Shown here: one piece after another, positions 1 to 11,879 of the stretch
Layout of the letters: each line of letters begins with the position of its first letter
How positions within the stretch are numbered: the stretch's first letter is position 1
From: Octopus vulgaris
Lineage: Eukaryota
Assembly: GCA_951406725.2 (NCBI GenBank)
Contig: OX597825.1
Span: 62,001-126,000, forward strand
Reading direction: 5' to 3'
DNA length: 64,000 nt
Position numbers and translations under genes: made by a program
Notes under the pieces: model-generated
Told to the model about the DNA's origin: nothing
The model's database searches: none
Seen by the model: the letters and a program-made list of their open reading frames with translations, nothing else

Positions 1-15
1 CATGTTGCCAATACA

Positions 16-735
16 TGTTTTGGTTCATCACTTAAATCCATATTTATGCAACTAAATTGCATTATGAATTTGAAAAGCAAAAACATTGACCATGGCAATA
101 ATTGACTGTTATCAAGGTAAAAATTAACTGTTTTTTCTTCTTTTTTTTAAATAACAGCAAATTTTTACCTTGATACCTGGCAGGACAAGTGAGACCATAA
201 CCCATGGCCTTTACCTGGGATGTAGCCAGTCCACTTATGTATACCTTTCCTTCTTGGGACACAAAATTCTGCTTGCGAAGACCTGCTGAGGCAAGTGAAA
301 TCGAAATCGATCAAAAAATCAATGGAAATTGTAGTTGTGATACCAGTGCCGGTGGCATGTGAAAAGAACCGTCTGAACATGGCCGTTGCCAGCGCCGCCT
401 TGACTGGCCTCCGTACCAGTGGCACGTAAAAAGCACCAACCGATCGTGGCCGTTGCCAGCGTCCTCTGGCACCTGTGCCGGTGGCATGTAAAAAGCACCC
501 ACTACACTCACGGAGTGGTTGGCATTAGGAAGAGCATCCAGCTGTAGAAACACTGCCAGATCAGACTGGAGCCTGGTGCAGCCTCCTGGTTTCCCAGACC
601 CTGGTCGAACCATCCAACCCATGCTAGCATGGAAAACAGACGTTAAACGATGATGATAACAGTCAAATTTTGCTTTTTCAAATTCATAATGCAACTTAAT
701 TACATAAATATGGATTTAAGTGATAAACCAAAACA
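16..735. mobile_element. Palindromic MITE-like element split by an RTE 3' insertion
   Basis: 16-90 (tgttttggttcatcacttaaatccatatttatgcaact...aaaagcaaaaacattgac) is the near reverse complement of 662-735. An RTE 3' fragment occupies most of the interval. Confidence 0.6.
165..657 (+). mobile_element. RTE family 1 LINE, 5'-truncated 3' end
   Basis: Carries gtgccggtggcacgtaaaaagcacc-type units, the ggttggcattaggaagagcatccagctgtag motif and a (GAT)n tail. The same sequence directly follows the RTE ORF at 46023-46600. Confidence 0.8.
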
Positions 736-906
736 CACACAACTTGAATTGACTATTGTAATAAATATATTATTATTCTGTGTATGCATTCTCCATTTTC
801 TTTGTATTGTTATATATATATACATATATATATCATGTATATATGTATGAAGGTATGATGCTTGTATGCAGGCATGGCTGTATGGTTAAAAAGCTTGCAT
901 TCTACC

Positions 907-1186
907 TGTGGTGTTATGGGCTGTGATGAAGCTATGTGGTGTTAGTGGGGGGGATTGCAGATGAGGTGGATGGAAGTAAGGACAGCAGGGGCCTGTGACA
1001 CAGCCACAGGGCATGCGTGGGAAGGAAGCATGTGTGGCCAGTTCGAGCAGAGACGGCAGCGAGACAAGACGTGTTTAATTTGTGAGAGTGACTGCTCATT
1101 CCGCCGAGGTCAACAAGTAAGGCCTTTTGTATTTCTTTCTCCCATTTGTTTCTTTTTCTGTTGTCCTTTTCCTCCATCACACTACA
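907..1186. mobile_element. Solo-LTR-like unit, copy 1 (280 bp)
   Basis: TG...CA termini (tgtggtgt...acactaca) and a 5-bp TSD CTACC at 902-906 and 1187-1191. Homologous to 4488-4767. Confidence 0.7.
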
Positions 1187-1574
1187 CTACCCATGTGGCG
1201 TCAGCTTTTTGCTGGTGTTGCGTAACTAGCACCTGTGCTGGTGGCACATAAAAAGTACCTTTCAGCCATTGGATCTCATGGAGGCAATAACAAACGAATG
1301 AGACATTTGGTAATATGTTGTGCTTGAAAAAGACCCATGAAGCCAAGTGAAACCGTTGTTGTGATAGATACTGGTGTCACACAACTGGCAGCCTCGCTGG
1401 TAGCATGTAAAAGCATCCATTACACCCTTGGAGTGGTTGGCATTAGGAAGGCTATCTAGCCATAGAAACCACACCAAATCAGACTGGAGTCTGGTGCAGC
1501 CAATCAGCTTACCAGCCCTGCTCAAAGCATCCAGCCTATGCTATCATGAACAACAGATGCTAAATGATGATCAA

Positions 1575-2040
1575 GGCGGCGAGCTGGCAGAAACATTAGC
1601 ATGCCGAGCAAAATGCGTAGCCGTATTTCGTCTGCCGTTACGTTCTGAGTTTAAACTCCGCCGAGGTTGACTTTGCCTTTCATCCTTTTGGGATCGATTA
1701 AATAAGTACCAGTTACGCACTAGGGTCGATGTAATCAACTCAATCCGTTTGTCTGTCCTCTCTGTGTGTAGCCCCTTGTGGGTAGTAAGGAAATAGGCAT
1801 TTTGACTGCCTCTGAGTTCAAGTTCCGCCAAGGTTGACTTTGCTTTTAAGAAGAAGGGTATTTTGTCTGTCGTTATGTTCTGAGTTTAAATTCCGCCGAG
1901 GTCGATTTGGCCTTTCATCCTTTCGGGGTCGATAAATAAAGTACCAGTTTCGCACTGGGGTCGATGCAATCAACTTAATCCCTTTGTCTGTCCTTGTTTG
2001 TCCCCTCTATGTTTAGCCCCTTGTGGGTAGTAAAGAAATA
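1575..2040 (+). mobile_element. tRNA-derived SINE family A, tandem multimer
   Basis: Head ggcggcgagctggcagaa, B-box-like gagttcaaattcc, body gcctttcatcctttcggggtcgat, tail gccccttgtgggtagtaaagaaata. The body is repeated. Confidence 0.8.
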
Positions 2041-2635
2041 GATGATGATGATTTCAAAGGTATGATTGTTTATTTTTAGATTGACATTGTAGAGTAGTTA
2101 TAAGAAGCTAAAGATATTCATACGACTGTGCATATGCATGTATATGTTGAATTTTTTTTTGTATTTGCATGAGCAAATTGTAGTAAGAGCTTGCATCTGT
2201 AAAAATAATTTGCAAGTATTTTAATTGTAATCATTAATTTAATTATGGATATTTACTTTTACTTATTTAATTGACCACTAGGCTCACTGATTTGGTGCAC
2301 TGGATGGTAGACCAGCAGTTTCCAATTTAATCTACTTACCCTAGTTATTACCTCCCCTTAACGATAAATATTTCCCTAATTTTCCTACGGAATAAATTTT
2401 TCTCCTTTTACTAGTTTTACATTCCTATTTAAAAAACTTTTAGACCATTCTCAACCCCAACAGTCTTATTTCATAAATGTCCAAATAAGTTTCTTAATAT
2501 TTACTATTTTAATCTAGTATATACTGTCCTAAGCATTTTCAGGCCTCTTACAACATATACCATTTTCCCATTCATTTATCCATTATCTCAATAGCTTGTC
2601 TTTTGTTTTTAAATTTCAACCGACCAATTATATCG

Positions 2636-2798
2636 AAGCTGGCAGAAACGTTAGCACGCCGGGCAAAATGCTTAGCGGTATGTCATTACGTTCTGAGTTC
2701 AAATTCTGCCGAGGTCAACTTTGCCTTTCATCCTTTCGGGGTCGATAAATAAAGTACCAGTTTCGCACTAGGGTTATGTAATCGACTTAATCCCTTTG
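2636..2798 (+). mobile_element. SINE family A, partial
   Basis: agctggcagaaacgttagcacgccgggc...gttcaaattc...gcctttcatcctttcggggtcgat. Confidence 0.75.
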
Positions 2799-3144
2799 GC
2801 TGAGTAGCTCTGTGGTCAATGACTAGACCTTAAGTCTAAAGCCGAAAGATGAAGAATAGTTAAAATGCTAGCCTATTTAAGGGGTTAAGGTGGTTCAAAA
2901 TGAAGCATCCTAACCGAAGGCCGTGATTGGTTAGCTTTGCATACTGGCACAAAATGAGAGACAGACAGCGCTAAATGCCAACCAATCAGATCAGTGGACA
3001 CAACAGGGTCAAACTAGCCAAAGATGGTTGTAATCTCAAACGAGATGAGGATATCAGATATGCTACACAACCATACTCAACCTTTCCTTTTTCTTCTCTA
3101 AGCTCTTCTTTTTTATTTATTCTTCACTCTGATGAAGCTTTCCG

Positions 3145-3790
3145 TTTCTAATTAGTCCCTTTCTCTTTGTTTTCTTTCCTCCAACCATGTTTGCTCCGGT
3201 TTAGTAGGCAACATTCTCTCCTCTCCAACATGGACTAGTTCCAATAGGGAGATGGATGATACTATGTTACAGTGGAGACTGCTAGGTTTGCCAGTTCCTG
3301 CTACAGTTGAGGACAGACAAAAGCAGAAGGTATGGAGCAATCTAAGGCGGAAAGCTGGCAGGAACATTAGCGCGCCAGGTGAAAAGCTCAGCAGCATTTC
3401 GTCTGCCGTTACGTTCTGAGTTCAAATTCTGCTGAGGTCGACTTTGGCCTTTCACCCTTTCGGGGTCGATAAATTAAGTACCAGTTATGCACTGGGGTCA
3501 ATGTAATCGACTTAATTTGTTTGTCCTCTCTGTGTTTAGCCCCTTGTGGATAGTAAAGAAATAGGTGTGGAGCAATCTGCATTCAGGTGCCACTTTCAAC
3601 TCTCTCTATTAATTTAATAAATTTCCAAGGTGTCGCCTACATTCTGCTGGTGCAAAATTCTCGGGGGAATGGATTGATGTCTTGCCTGTAGCCAACATTC
3701 GAGGTCTACTCAATCTAGATGAGTTCCACCTCTCCATCACACTTAGAGTGTACATCTGTAGGGGACTATTTTCTGTTGACCCTTTTCCAT
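3145..3790 (+). mobile_element. CRE-clade-like non-LTR retrotransposon relic interrupted by a SINE
   Basis: Manual translation gives LFLSSNHVCSGLVGNILSS...W...P...QKQKVW and AGAKFSGEWIDVLPVANIRGLLNLDEFHLSITLR, resembling the post-RT region of CRE-type elements. Assigned from motif recall. Confidence 0.45.
3344..3563 (+). mobile_element. SINE family A with 15-bp TSD
   Basis: TSD ggtatggagcaatct (3329-3343) and ggtgtggagcaatct (3564-3578). Confidence 0.85.
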
Positions 3791-3799
3791 AATTGTTTG

Positions 3800-4152
3800 T
3801 GCCCGTGCTAGTAGGGTGCCAAGAGCAACATCCAAGCATGATCGTTGCCAGAGCAGCCAACTGGCTTCTATGCCAGTGGCACATAAAAGGGCACCATTTG
3901 AGCATGGTCGTTATCAATGTCGCCTTACTGGCACCTGTGCCGGTGGCATGTGTAAAAAGATTCAAGTGAGGTCATTGCCAGTACCGCCTGACTGGCCCCC
4001 GTGGAGTGGTTGGCATTAGGAAGGGCATCCAGCTGTAGAAACTCTGCCAGATCAAGATTGGAGCCTGGTGCAGCCATCTGGTTCGCCAGCCCTCAGTCAA
4101 AATCGTCCAAACAATGCTAGCATGGAAAGTGAACGTTAAACGATGATGATGA
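3800..4152 (+). mobile_element. RTE family 1 3' end (subtype B)
   Basis: Repeat units plus aggaagggcatccagctgtag and a (GAT)n tail. Confidence 0.75.
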
Positions 4153-4487
4153 TATGTCTTAATGATTATAATTATTTACCTATTAGATATATGTACTGGA
4201 CTATTTATACAGTTTACTGAGTAACTTTGTATCTGTTGACTAACAAAAATTGTAATAACTAAAATTTGATGAAAGGTTTTAATTTAGTTCACTTTAAACA
4301 AGAAGTTTGTATCAAGGAGAGTCTCAAGCAGGTTGGCATCAAAAGATTTAAAGAGTATGTATGATTGTGCTCCATCATAGTCATAGTCCAGTACTGAGAC
4401 AAAAGATGGGACTTCTACAAAGATTCATAGAGATTTGCAAAGATTTTTGAAGAGCCATCAAGATCAATGGAAGTGTTGAAAGAAACT

Positions 4488-4767
4488 TGTGGTGTTATGG
4501 GCTATGATGGGGCTATGTGGTGTTGGTAGAGGAGATTGCAGATGAGGTGGATGGAAGTAAGGATTGCAGTGGCCAGTGACACAGGCAGAGTGCATGCGTG
4601 AGCAGGAAGCACGTTTGGTCAGTTCAAGCAGAGACGACAGTGAGACAAGACGTGTTTAGTTTGTGAGAGTAACTGCTGATTCCGCTGAGGTCAACAGGTA
4701 AGGCCTTTTGTATTTCTTTCTCCTGTTTGCTTCTTTTTCTGTTGTCCTTTTCCTCCATCACACTACA
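4488..4767. mobile_element. Solo-LTR-like unit, copy 2 (280 bp)
   Basis: TG...CA termini and a 5-bp TSD AAACT at 4483-4487 and 4768-4772. Confidence 0.7.
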
Positions 4768-4949
4768 AAACTTTAAGGCAAAAAGTGAGGAAAGCTATCC
4801 ATAGTAGCACCAGCTGTGAGAAAGCTAAAAGAACCACAACATGGGTGAGCTTTGACTATGGACAGGGTGATACTTTAATACAGGTGTGAGCTGATAGTGC
4901 AGCAGCTCAGAATATGCTTTCATCTTGCAAGCTTTTCAAATATTAAAAT

Positions 4950-5340
4950 AATAATATAATAATAAAGAAATTATTGTATACAGTGTTCAGGTACACCACA
5001 ACTTGTCAAAAGTGCGTATAAAGCATATGCAGTAATGTACAAATGCCTGGAAAGTGAACAGTGCATGAGTGAGATACATGCTTGCGTGTGTATGGAGGGG
5101 AGAAAATCAGGCGTAGTGTTGGCAAATCTCAGGAAGCATGGAAGTTTTGAAGGATGCAGTGCTCCGACAACTAAATGATGTTGGCAGTTTGTTCCATACT
5201 TCAGTATCTCTTAGCATGAAATGTTTCCAAAAGTCATGGGAGCTGTGCTGTTTTCTGACTTTGTAAACATGTCCATGGGTGTTAGACAGGTGGAGTTTGA
5301 AAGGGTGCTCAGAATTATTGTTTGTAAGATGGTTAATAAT
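4950..5340 (-). mobile_element. CR1-group LINE 3' fragment
   Basis: ORF 5107-5379 matches the C-terminus of the CR1 at 35276-37465 (NTHGHVYKVRKQHSSHDF). (ATT)n-like tail. Confidence 0.8.
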
Positions 5341-5769
5341 ATTGTCCCCAGATAAGGAAGAAATTTCAAGGTATGTCAACTATTAGTGTATCGTGGAATG
5401 GATTTACATTGCATTGTCTCCAAGATCAGACTTGTGAATGTCTTTGCAGGATGGGATTCCAGAATGGACTGAACATGTACCCAGAAGATTTGAGAATCCA
5501 TCAGGTAATGTAACAGGGATAACTGAAATGTTGGTGTAATCTGACGAGATTCAGTAACTATGTATGGCTTAGTTTTCTAAGTACTTGTAGTTTATGGTGA
5601 AATTCTGTGTTCTGAACGAAGGTACTGCTATGAGCAGGTCACAGTGAGATTCACAACAGGTTCATACATCACAGAATCACAGCCAAACAGAAATGGACAG
5701 TACATTTAAGTAACCAAAACATTAATGAGGCCTGGTCTCCTGCAGATGATCCTTGGCTTTTGCACACTT

Positions 5770-6030
5770 CATCATCATCATCGTTTAACGTCCGCTTTCC
5801 ATACTAGCATGGGTTGGACGATTTTGACTGAGGGCTGGTGAGCCAGATGGCTGCACCAGGCACCAATCTTGATTTGGCAGAGTTTCTACAGCTGGACGCC
5901 CTTCCTAACGCCAACCACTCCGAGAGTGTAGTAGGTGCTTTCTACGTGCCACTGGCACGAGGCCAGTCAGGCGGTACTGGCAATGACCTCGCTCGAATCT
6001 TTTTACACATGCCACCAGCACGGGTGCCAA
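5770..6030 (-). mobile_element. RTE family 1 3' end
   Basis: catcatcatcgtttaacgtccgc... signature. Confidence 0.75.
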
Positions 6031-6862
6031 CACAAGTTTCATACTGCTAAAATTGGTTGCAGATTTTAGGCACAAGGCCAGCAAGCTCAGGGAAGCATAA
6101 GTCAATTACACTGACCCCAGTGTTCAACTGATACTTATTTCATCGACCTCAAAAACAAGAAAGGGAAAATCAACCTTGGCAGTATTTGAACTCAGAATGT
6201 AAGGACGGTTAAAAAGTCACTAAGCATTTTGCCCAGCATGCTAACAATTCTGTCGGTTTTCCACCTTTTACAACCTCTTTCCACACAGACTTATATCTAA
6301 ATATATATGACCTTCGAACATTAGGCCTCACTGAGGCAATAACTAGCGACCAAGACTTTTGGAAATATGCTGTGCTTGTGAAGACCCGGCAGCCAAGTGA
6401 GACCATAACCTTGTGGCCTATGCCAGGGGTGTAATCAGCCCACTTATGCATACCTTCCCTTCATTGGACACCGCTTGCGAAGACTTGTTGCGGCAAGTGA
6501 AATCGAAATCAAATTTGATGACTGGCATCCGTGCTGGTGGAGCACTAAGAGGACCATCCGAGCGTGATCGTTACCAGAGCGCCTAACTGGCATTCATGCT
6601 GGTGGCACATAAGAAGCACCATTAACACCTTCAGAATGTTGTTTTCCACAACAATAAACAATATTGAATCTATTTACATGCATGTTAATTATATTCCACT
6701 TTTATTCCAATTAAATTTATTCAATAATCCAATGTATAATCAACTGCAAAGTTAAGTTAAAAATTAATAGTAATTGCCTTAGAAAGTTTTGATAAATTAA
6801 AACAACTACAAAAAAATCATTAAATTCTCTTGAGAAAAAAAAGGATTCATTAGAGATAAACT

Positions 6863-7033
6863 TTACTCTTTTTTTTTTGGACGGCGGCGAACTGGATACT
6901 CGATAGATTTATGAACTACTACCATCTCTTCAAAATTTAGTTTTGCATATGTATTTGAATCTTTAAAATGTAACATCAAATCTGTTTTTGAATGGAAGTT
7001 CTTTTCAATGAATTCATTTCCCTCTTCAATTCC
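6863..7033 (-). CDS. ZAP/PARP12-like gene, terminal coding exon (end of second WWE-like domain)
   Basis: Acceptor ttcttctctatactttcag, then GIEEGNEFIEKNFHSKTDLMLHFKDSNTYAKLNFEEMVVVHKSIEYPVRRRPKKKE*. LNFEEM...VRRRP is the WWE C-terminal signature. Phase 0 matches the donor after 11261. Minus-strand AATAAA near 6701 and 6717. Confidence 0.8.
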   Translation of the reverse strand, partial: GIEEGNEFIEKNFHSKTDLMLHFKDSNTYAKLNFEEMVVVHKSIEYPVRRRPKKKE

Positions 7034-7109
7034 CTGAAAGTATAGAGAAGAAATATTACAAAAATTCTTTTAAATTGCAACCCACTCCATTATCTTCTGC
7101 AAACAAAAT

Positions 7110-8243
7110 GAGACCTATTCAGTCAAGTACATCAACATCAAAATAAATATCAAATGGAAATTCCAGTTGTGATCCATGTGCCGGTGGCACGTAAAAGGCA
7201 CCAGCCGAACGTGGCTGATGCCAGCGCTGCCATGACTGGCTTCTGTGCTGGTGGCACGTAAGAAGCACCAACAGATCGTGGCCGCTGCCAGCCTCCCTTG
7301 GCACCTGTACCGGTGGCACATAAAAAGCACCCACTACACTCACAGAGTGGTTGGCAATAGGAAGGGCATCCAGCTGTAGAAACACTGCCAGATCAGGCTG
7401 GAGCCTGGTGCAGCCTCCTGGCTTCCCAGACCCCGGTTGAACCATCCAACCCATGCTAGCATGGAAAACGGACATTAAACAATGATGATGATGATGATGA
7501 AGGTGACAAGTTGGCAAAACTGTTAGCATGCTGGGCAAAATGCTTAGAGGTATTTCTTCTGATTTTGTTTTCAGTTCAAATTCCACTGAGGTAACTTTGC
7601 CTTTCATCCTTTCAGAGTTGATAAAATAAGTATCAGTTGAGCACCGAGGTTGATGGAATTGACTTACAACCACCACCAAAATTGCTGGCCTAGTGCAAAA
7701 ATTTGAAACCATGTCGCCTTACTGGCACCTGTGCCGGTGGCATGTGTAAAAAGATTCGAGCAAGGTCATTGCTAGTACCTCCTGACTGGCCACTGTGCTG
7801 TGACACATAAAAGGGCACCATTCGAGAGTGATCGTTACCAACGTCGCCTTACTAGCACCTGTGCCAGTGACATGTGTAAAAAGATTTGAGCGAGGTCGTT
7901 ACCAGTACCGCTTGACTGGCCCCCGTGCCGGTGGCACGTAAAAAGGGCATCATTTGAGCGTGATCGTTACCAACGTCGCCTTACTGGCATCTGTGCCGTT
8001 GGCATGTGTAAAAAGATTCGAACGAGGTCATTGCCAGTACCGCCTGACTGGCCCCTGTTGCGGTGGCACGTAAAAGCACACACTACACTCTCAAAGTGGT
8101 TGGCATTAGGAAGGGCATCCAGCAGTAGAAACACTGCCAGATCAAGACTGGAGCCTGGTGCGGCCGTCTGGTTTGCCAGCCCTCAGTCAAAATCGTCCAA
8201 CCCATGCTAGTATGGAAAGCGGACGTTAAACAATGATGATGAT
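7110..8243 (+). mobile_element. Cluster: RTE 3' end (7110-7500), diverged SINE A (7502-7710), RTE 3' end with about 6 internal units (7711-8243)
   Basis: Family signature sequences as in the other copies. Confidence 0.75.
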
Positions 8244-8323
8244 GGAAAGTGCCAGCTGCCCACAGCTTGCAGACTAAGGTGACACTTGTTTATTGATCAT
8301 ACTTCAAGAACCCTATTGAGACA

Positions 8324-8690
8324 TTATTACTTCCACCTTAGCAAAGGGGCAGGTATTGTTTTTCAGTTGTGTTTGTTTGTTTCTCAGTCGACAACATATC
8401 TCAAGAACTGCTGGATGGATTCAGATGAAACTTTCAGAGATGTTTGGCCTCATGACTGGCACAAACTGGTTAGATTTTGGGATCAATCCGCTTCTGGACA
8501 AGGATTCTGGATTATTTTTCATGGTTTATATTTAAATTTTGATAGCGGTCGGGTTCATTTTTAGTATTCTCATTTATGAGAGCAGTTTACTTATTTCAGA
8601 TATTCTCATTTTAAAAAACATCTCTGGCTAATCGTTGAGAAGACATGGGTGTTGCCTTGGTGGAGGTTTGTGCTCTCTGAGTGCTCTTGT
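8324..8690 (+). mobile_element. Helentron/HINE-like non-autonomous element
   Basis: Starts ttattacttccacc, ends ccttggtggaggtttgtgctctctgagtgctcttgtt (subterminal inverted repeat plus 3' hairpin), and contains a (GTTT)n tract. This is a DINE/HINE-like layout. Confidence 0.5.
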
Positions 8691-8699
8691 TGTTATTAT

Positions 8700-10150
8700 A
8701 TATGGTTTGCCTGCCTTCCTACTTATTAGGACTTTGGTTTTAGCTAGGTTGACTCTAAGGCCCTTCGATTCTAATCCTTGCTTCCACACCTGAAACTTCT
8801 CCTCTAGTTCTGATAGTGACTCAGCAATTAGAGCAAGGTCATCAGCATAGAGGAGCTCCCAGGGGCATCCTGTCTGGAATTCCTCCGTTATTGCCTGGAG
8901 GACTATGATAAATAGGAGAGGGCTGAGGATTGAACCTTGGTGGACCCCTACCTCTACCCTGAATTCTTCACTGTACTTGTTGGCAACCCTCACCTTACTT
9001 ACAGCGTCCCTGTACATGGCTCGCACAGCTCTCACTAACAATTCATCTATCCCTAGTTTCCTCATTGACCACCAGATAAGGGATCGGGGGATCCTGTCAA
9101 AGGCTTCCTCCATGTCAACGAAAGCCAAGTACAGGGGCTTATCTTTGGCTAGGTATTTCTCCTGCAGCTGTCTTACCAGAAATATGGCATCAGTGGTACT
9201 TTTCCCTGGCATGAAACCAAACTGCATCTCATCCAAGCTGACTCTCACTCTAATCAGTTGGGCTATGACCCTCTCCGTAACCTTCATTACCTGATCCAAC
9301 AGCTTGATACCTCTGTAATTATTTGTATCTAAAGCGTCACTTTTACTTTTGTAGCAGTTGACTATTATGCTGCTACACCAGTCATTGGGTATGACTCCTT
9401 TGTGTATCACCTGGTTAACTATACGGGTGACTAGGCTATAACTGACACTGCCAGATATTTTGAGCATCTCTGCAGTAATTCCTGATGGGCCTGTGGCTTT
9501 CCCTGTCTTCATACTTCTAATTGCCTTATCTACCAAGGTACTGTCAACTCGGATAGCTGGTCCCTCTGTTGGGTCGACATTCGGCAGACTCTCTTTCTCC
9601 CTTTCATTTTCTTTATTCAGCAACATTTAATAGTGGTGTCTCCAGACCTCTCTCTTTGCATCCTCATTTAGCGCAAGTGAACCATCATCCATGCAAACAC
9701 ATTTCTCTCCTACCACATCACGGTTCTCTCTCACACACTGTCTTGCAACACGAAATACCTCAAGTCTTTTGTCCTCACAGTGCAGAACATTGGCAAATTT
9801 TTTCTCATTTGCTTCCCCTCTGGCTAAACACACTTGCCTCCTAGCTTCCCTTCTGGCAGTCTGATACACTTCCCTGCTACCATCGTTCTTCCAAGCCAGT
9901 TTCTTTTGTCTAATAGCCCTGTCAACAATATTGTTCCACCACCACGTTATTTTGGGTCTTGAGGTGACTTTGCACCAACCACAGATCTGGTCAGTGGCTC
10001 TCAGCAGGTTGTCTCTTAAAAACCTCCAGTTTTCTTCTACCCCATGTGAAGCTATATCCCCTTCTATTTCGTCAAAGGCTTCAAGTAATATGTCTCTAAA
10101 TCTCTGTCCATTCGCAGGATCTTTAAGCATCCAGACCCTTCTTCTCCTTA
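8700..10150 (-). mobile_element. RTE family 1 LINE internal fragment (RT pseudogene)
   Basis: ORFs 8628-9626 and 9627-10163 with QFGFMPGKSTTDAIF, GVHQGSILSPLLF and YADD. In-frame stop at 9627. Confidence 0.9.
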
Positions 10151-10673
10151 CACATACACACATATATAAATTAACCCAATAAATATCTGATTCATAATAT
10201 TTGTTCTCATGATTGTGTGGTGGTAGCGATAATAATTCTCTCTATGAATGCAGACAGACGTAGAGAGAGAGAGGAGGGGAATCTGAGAGAAAGAGTGAGA
10301 GCGCTGGCAAAGGCGGCGGGAGAAAGATAGTTGATGTCACACGTCGTTATAGAGAGAAAGTGAAGGGAGGGGAGGAAAGAGAGAGAGAGAGCTGGAGGAA
10401 GACAGGAAGATAAGAGAATGAGAGTAACGAAAAAAGACTTGTCAAAGTGTGGATTTTTTGCCCTAGTAATCACAGCTTTTGAGATAGGGATTTCTAACCT
10501 AGCCCACTTATATCCTCACCTCATTTTACATGTCCCTGTAAATTTCGGAGCGAATCCGACGGAGTCTGGTGCCCTTTAACCCGTTCCAATGCCAAAACCA
10601 GACAAACAAACTCTTTGCATTTCAGATTTATAGATATTGATAAACATTGATAAGAAAGAGGAATAGAGTGATA

Positions 10674-11037
10674 TCTCTATATATATAAACGGCAAAATGT
10701 CTGTCTGTAAGTGTGTCCTTTATACAAATCCACAATTTTTCAGTTAGAGGGCTCGCACTTTCTATGGTCATTCAAAACCGTCCAAGGGTGGTTGTGCACA
10801 TCTTTACATTTCCCCAGTCACTCCACAAAGCCATTAGAAAATCAATAGAAGTGACTTTTTTGTGAATTTTCTATCCAAAACCCAATCAAAATGCCCGAAA
10901 CTTGAGACACCAATTGAATGCCAGCTAGCTGTATGTGATTGGTCAGAGATTTGGACAGTACTCGAGTGTATGTGCACACACAGCTGTATATGCATGCACT
11001 AGCACTATGACCTGGCGTTGCCGAGTCATAGTGCTAG
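10674..11037 (+). mobile_element. Non-autonomous Helitron-like element
   Basis: A|TC 5' end (tctctatatatataaa) and a 3' hairpin ctagcactatgac...gtcatagtgctag ending CTAG|T. Confidence 0.6.
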
Positions 11038-11260
11038 TTACATTATAAAATTCTCTTATCCATTTACTAATTGCATTGTGGCTACACTTGAACATTACCT
11101 TCAAGGAATAGTTGGTTACATCGACATCAATCTCTTACCACCAGTACTTGCTACAAACAATTTGAAGTTAAAAGAAACAACGAAATTCCATAATATAGTC
11201 AATGCTATACTGATTCCTCTAACCTACCATGGTTCTGTTAAATATAAAAATATTATTTAC

Positions 11261-11411
11261 TGATTTACTCATTTCACTCCAAGTTTCAGGCTCAGCTCTC
11301 CAGTACCATACCCAATTCATGCTGGGAGATGCTTGCTTTCTCTCTATCTTCAAGGGTTCACCATCAAGATTGGAAGCAAACATTTTCTCAAAATCAACCT
11401 CAGATATATCA
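11261..11411 (-). CDS. ZAP/PARP12-like gene, internal coding exon (WWE1 end, WWE2 start)
   Basis: Acceptor ttctgtttttctttttgtag. Phase 2 completes AA|T (Asn). Encodes DISEVDFEKMFASNLDGEPLKIERKQASPSMNWVWYWRAEPETWSEMSKS. Donor GTAAAT. Confidence 0.8.
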
Positions 11412-11879
11412 CTACAAAAAGAAAAACAGAACACTATTTTAGACCATAGTTGACACTATATAAAATATGTAGTAGTATGGTTGACAAAATCAAATTTTAA
11501 ATTTTAACAAATCTTATAAACCAGTCTCTGCCAAAGGCTTTTGAAACACAATAGATTTATCAAAACCTAACATCATAAATAGGTTCCTAAACTCAACAAA
11601 CTCCATTCATGCAAAGAAATAATTAAAATAGCCAGCAAGCTTCAATGGAACCCTGCTATTAATAGAATATATATTATTGATATCATTGACATCATTTTAA
11701 GATCCATTTTTTCCATGCTTGCATGGATCACATGGAATTCATTGAGATTTTCTAAAGCTGAATGTTTTTCCTGTCACCAAACATTCACCTGTTTTCAAGG
11801 AAGATAATAATACTCTTATCTATTGAACAAAGAAACAGCCCAGACATAGATATGAGTCTCTTTTGTTTAAAAAGGTAGT

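Noticed and set aside
311-694. Recurring ORFs with CTRLQSDLAVFLQLDALPNANHS
   Set aside because: These are antisense translations of the RTE 3' UTR with inconsistent frames among copies.
1575-1670. tRNA genes at SINE heads (also 34250 and 62232)
   Set aside because: A/B-box-like motifs are present but no complete cloverleaf was seen, and they continue into multi-copy SINE bodies.
3126-3150. Hammerhead core CTGATGA
   Set aside because: No stem II and GAAA follow it.
907-4767. One full LTR retrotransposon bounded by the two 280-bp units
   Set aside because: Each unit has its own distinct TSD and the interval has no gag-pol.
1-6860. PARP catalytic exons downstream of the ZAP-like gene
   Set aside because: None was recognised by eye in the non-repeat segments. 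They cannot be excluded beyond the window edge.
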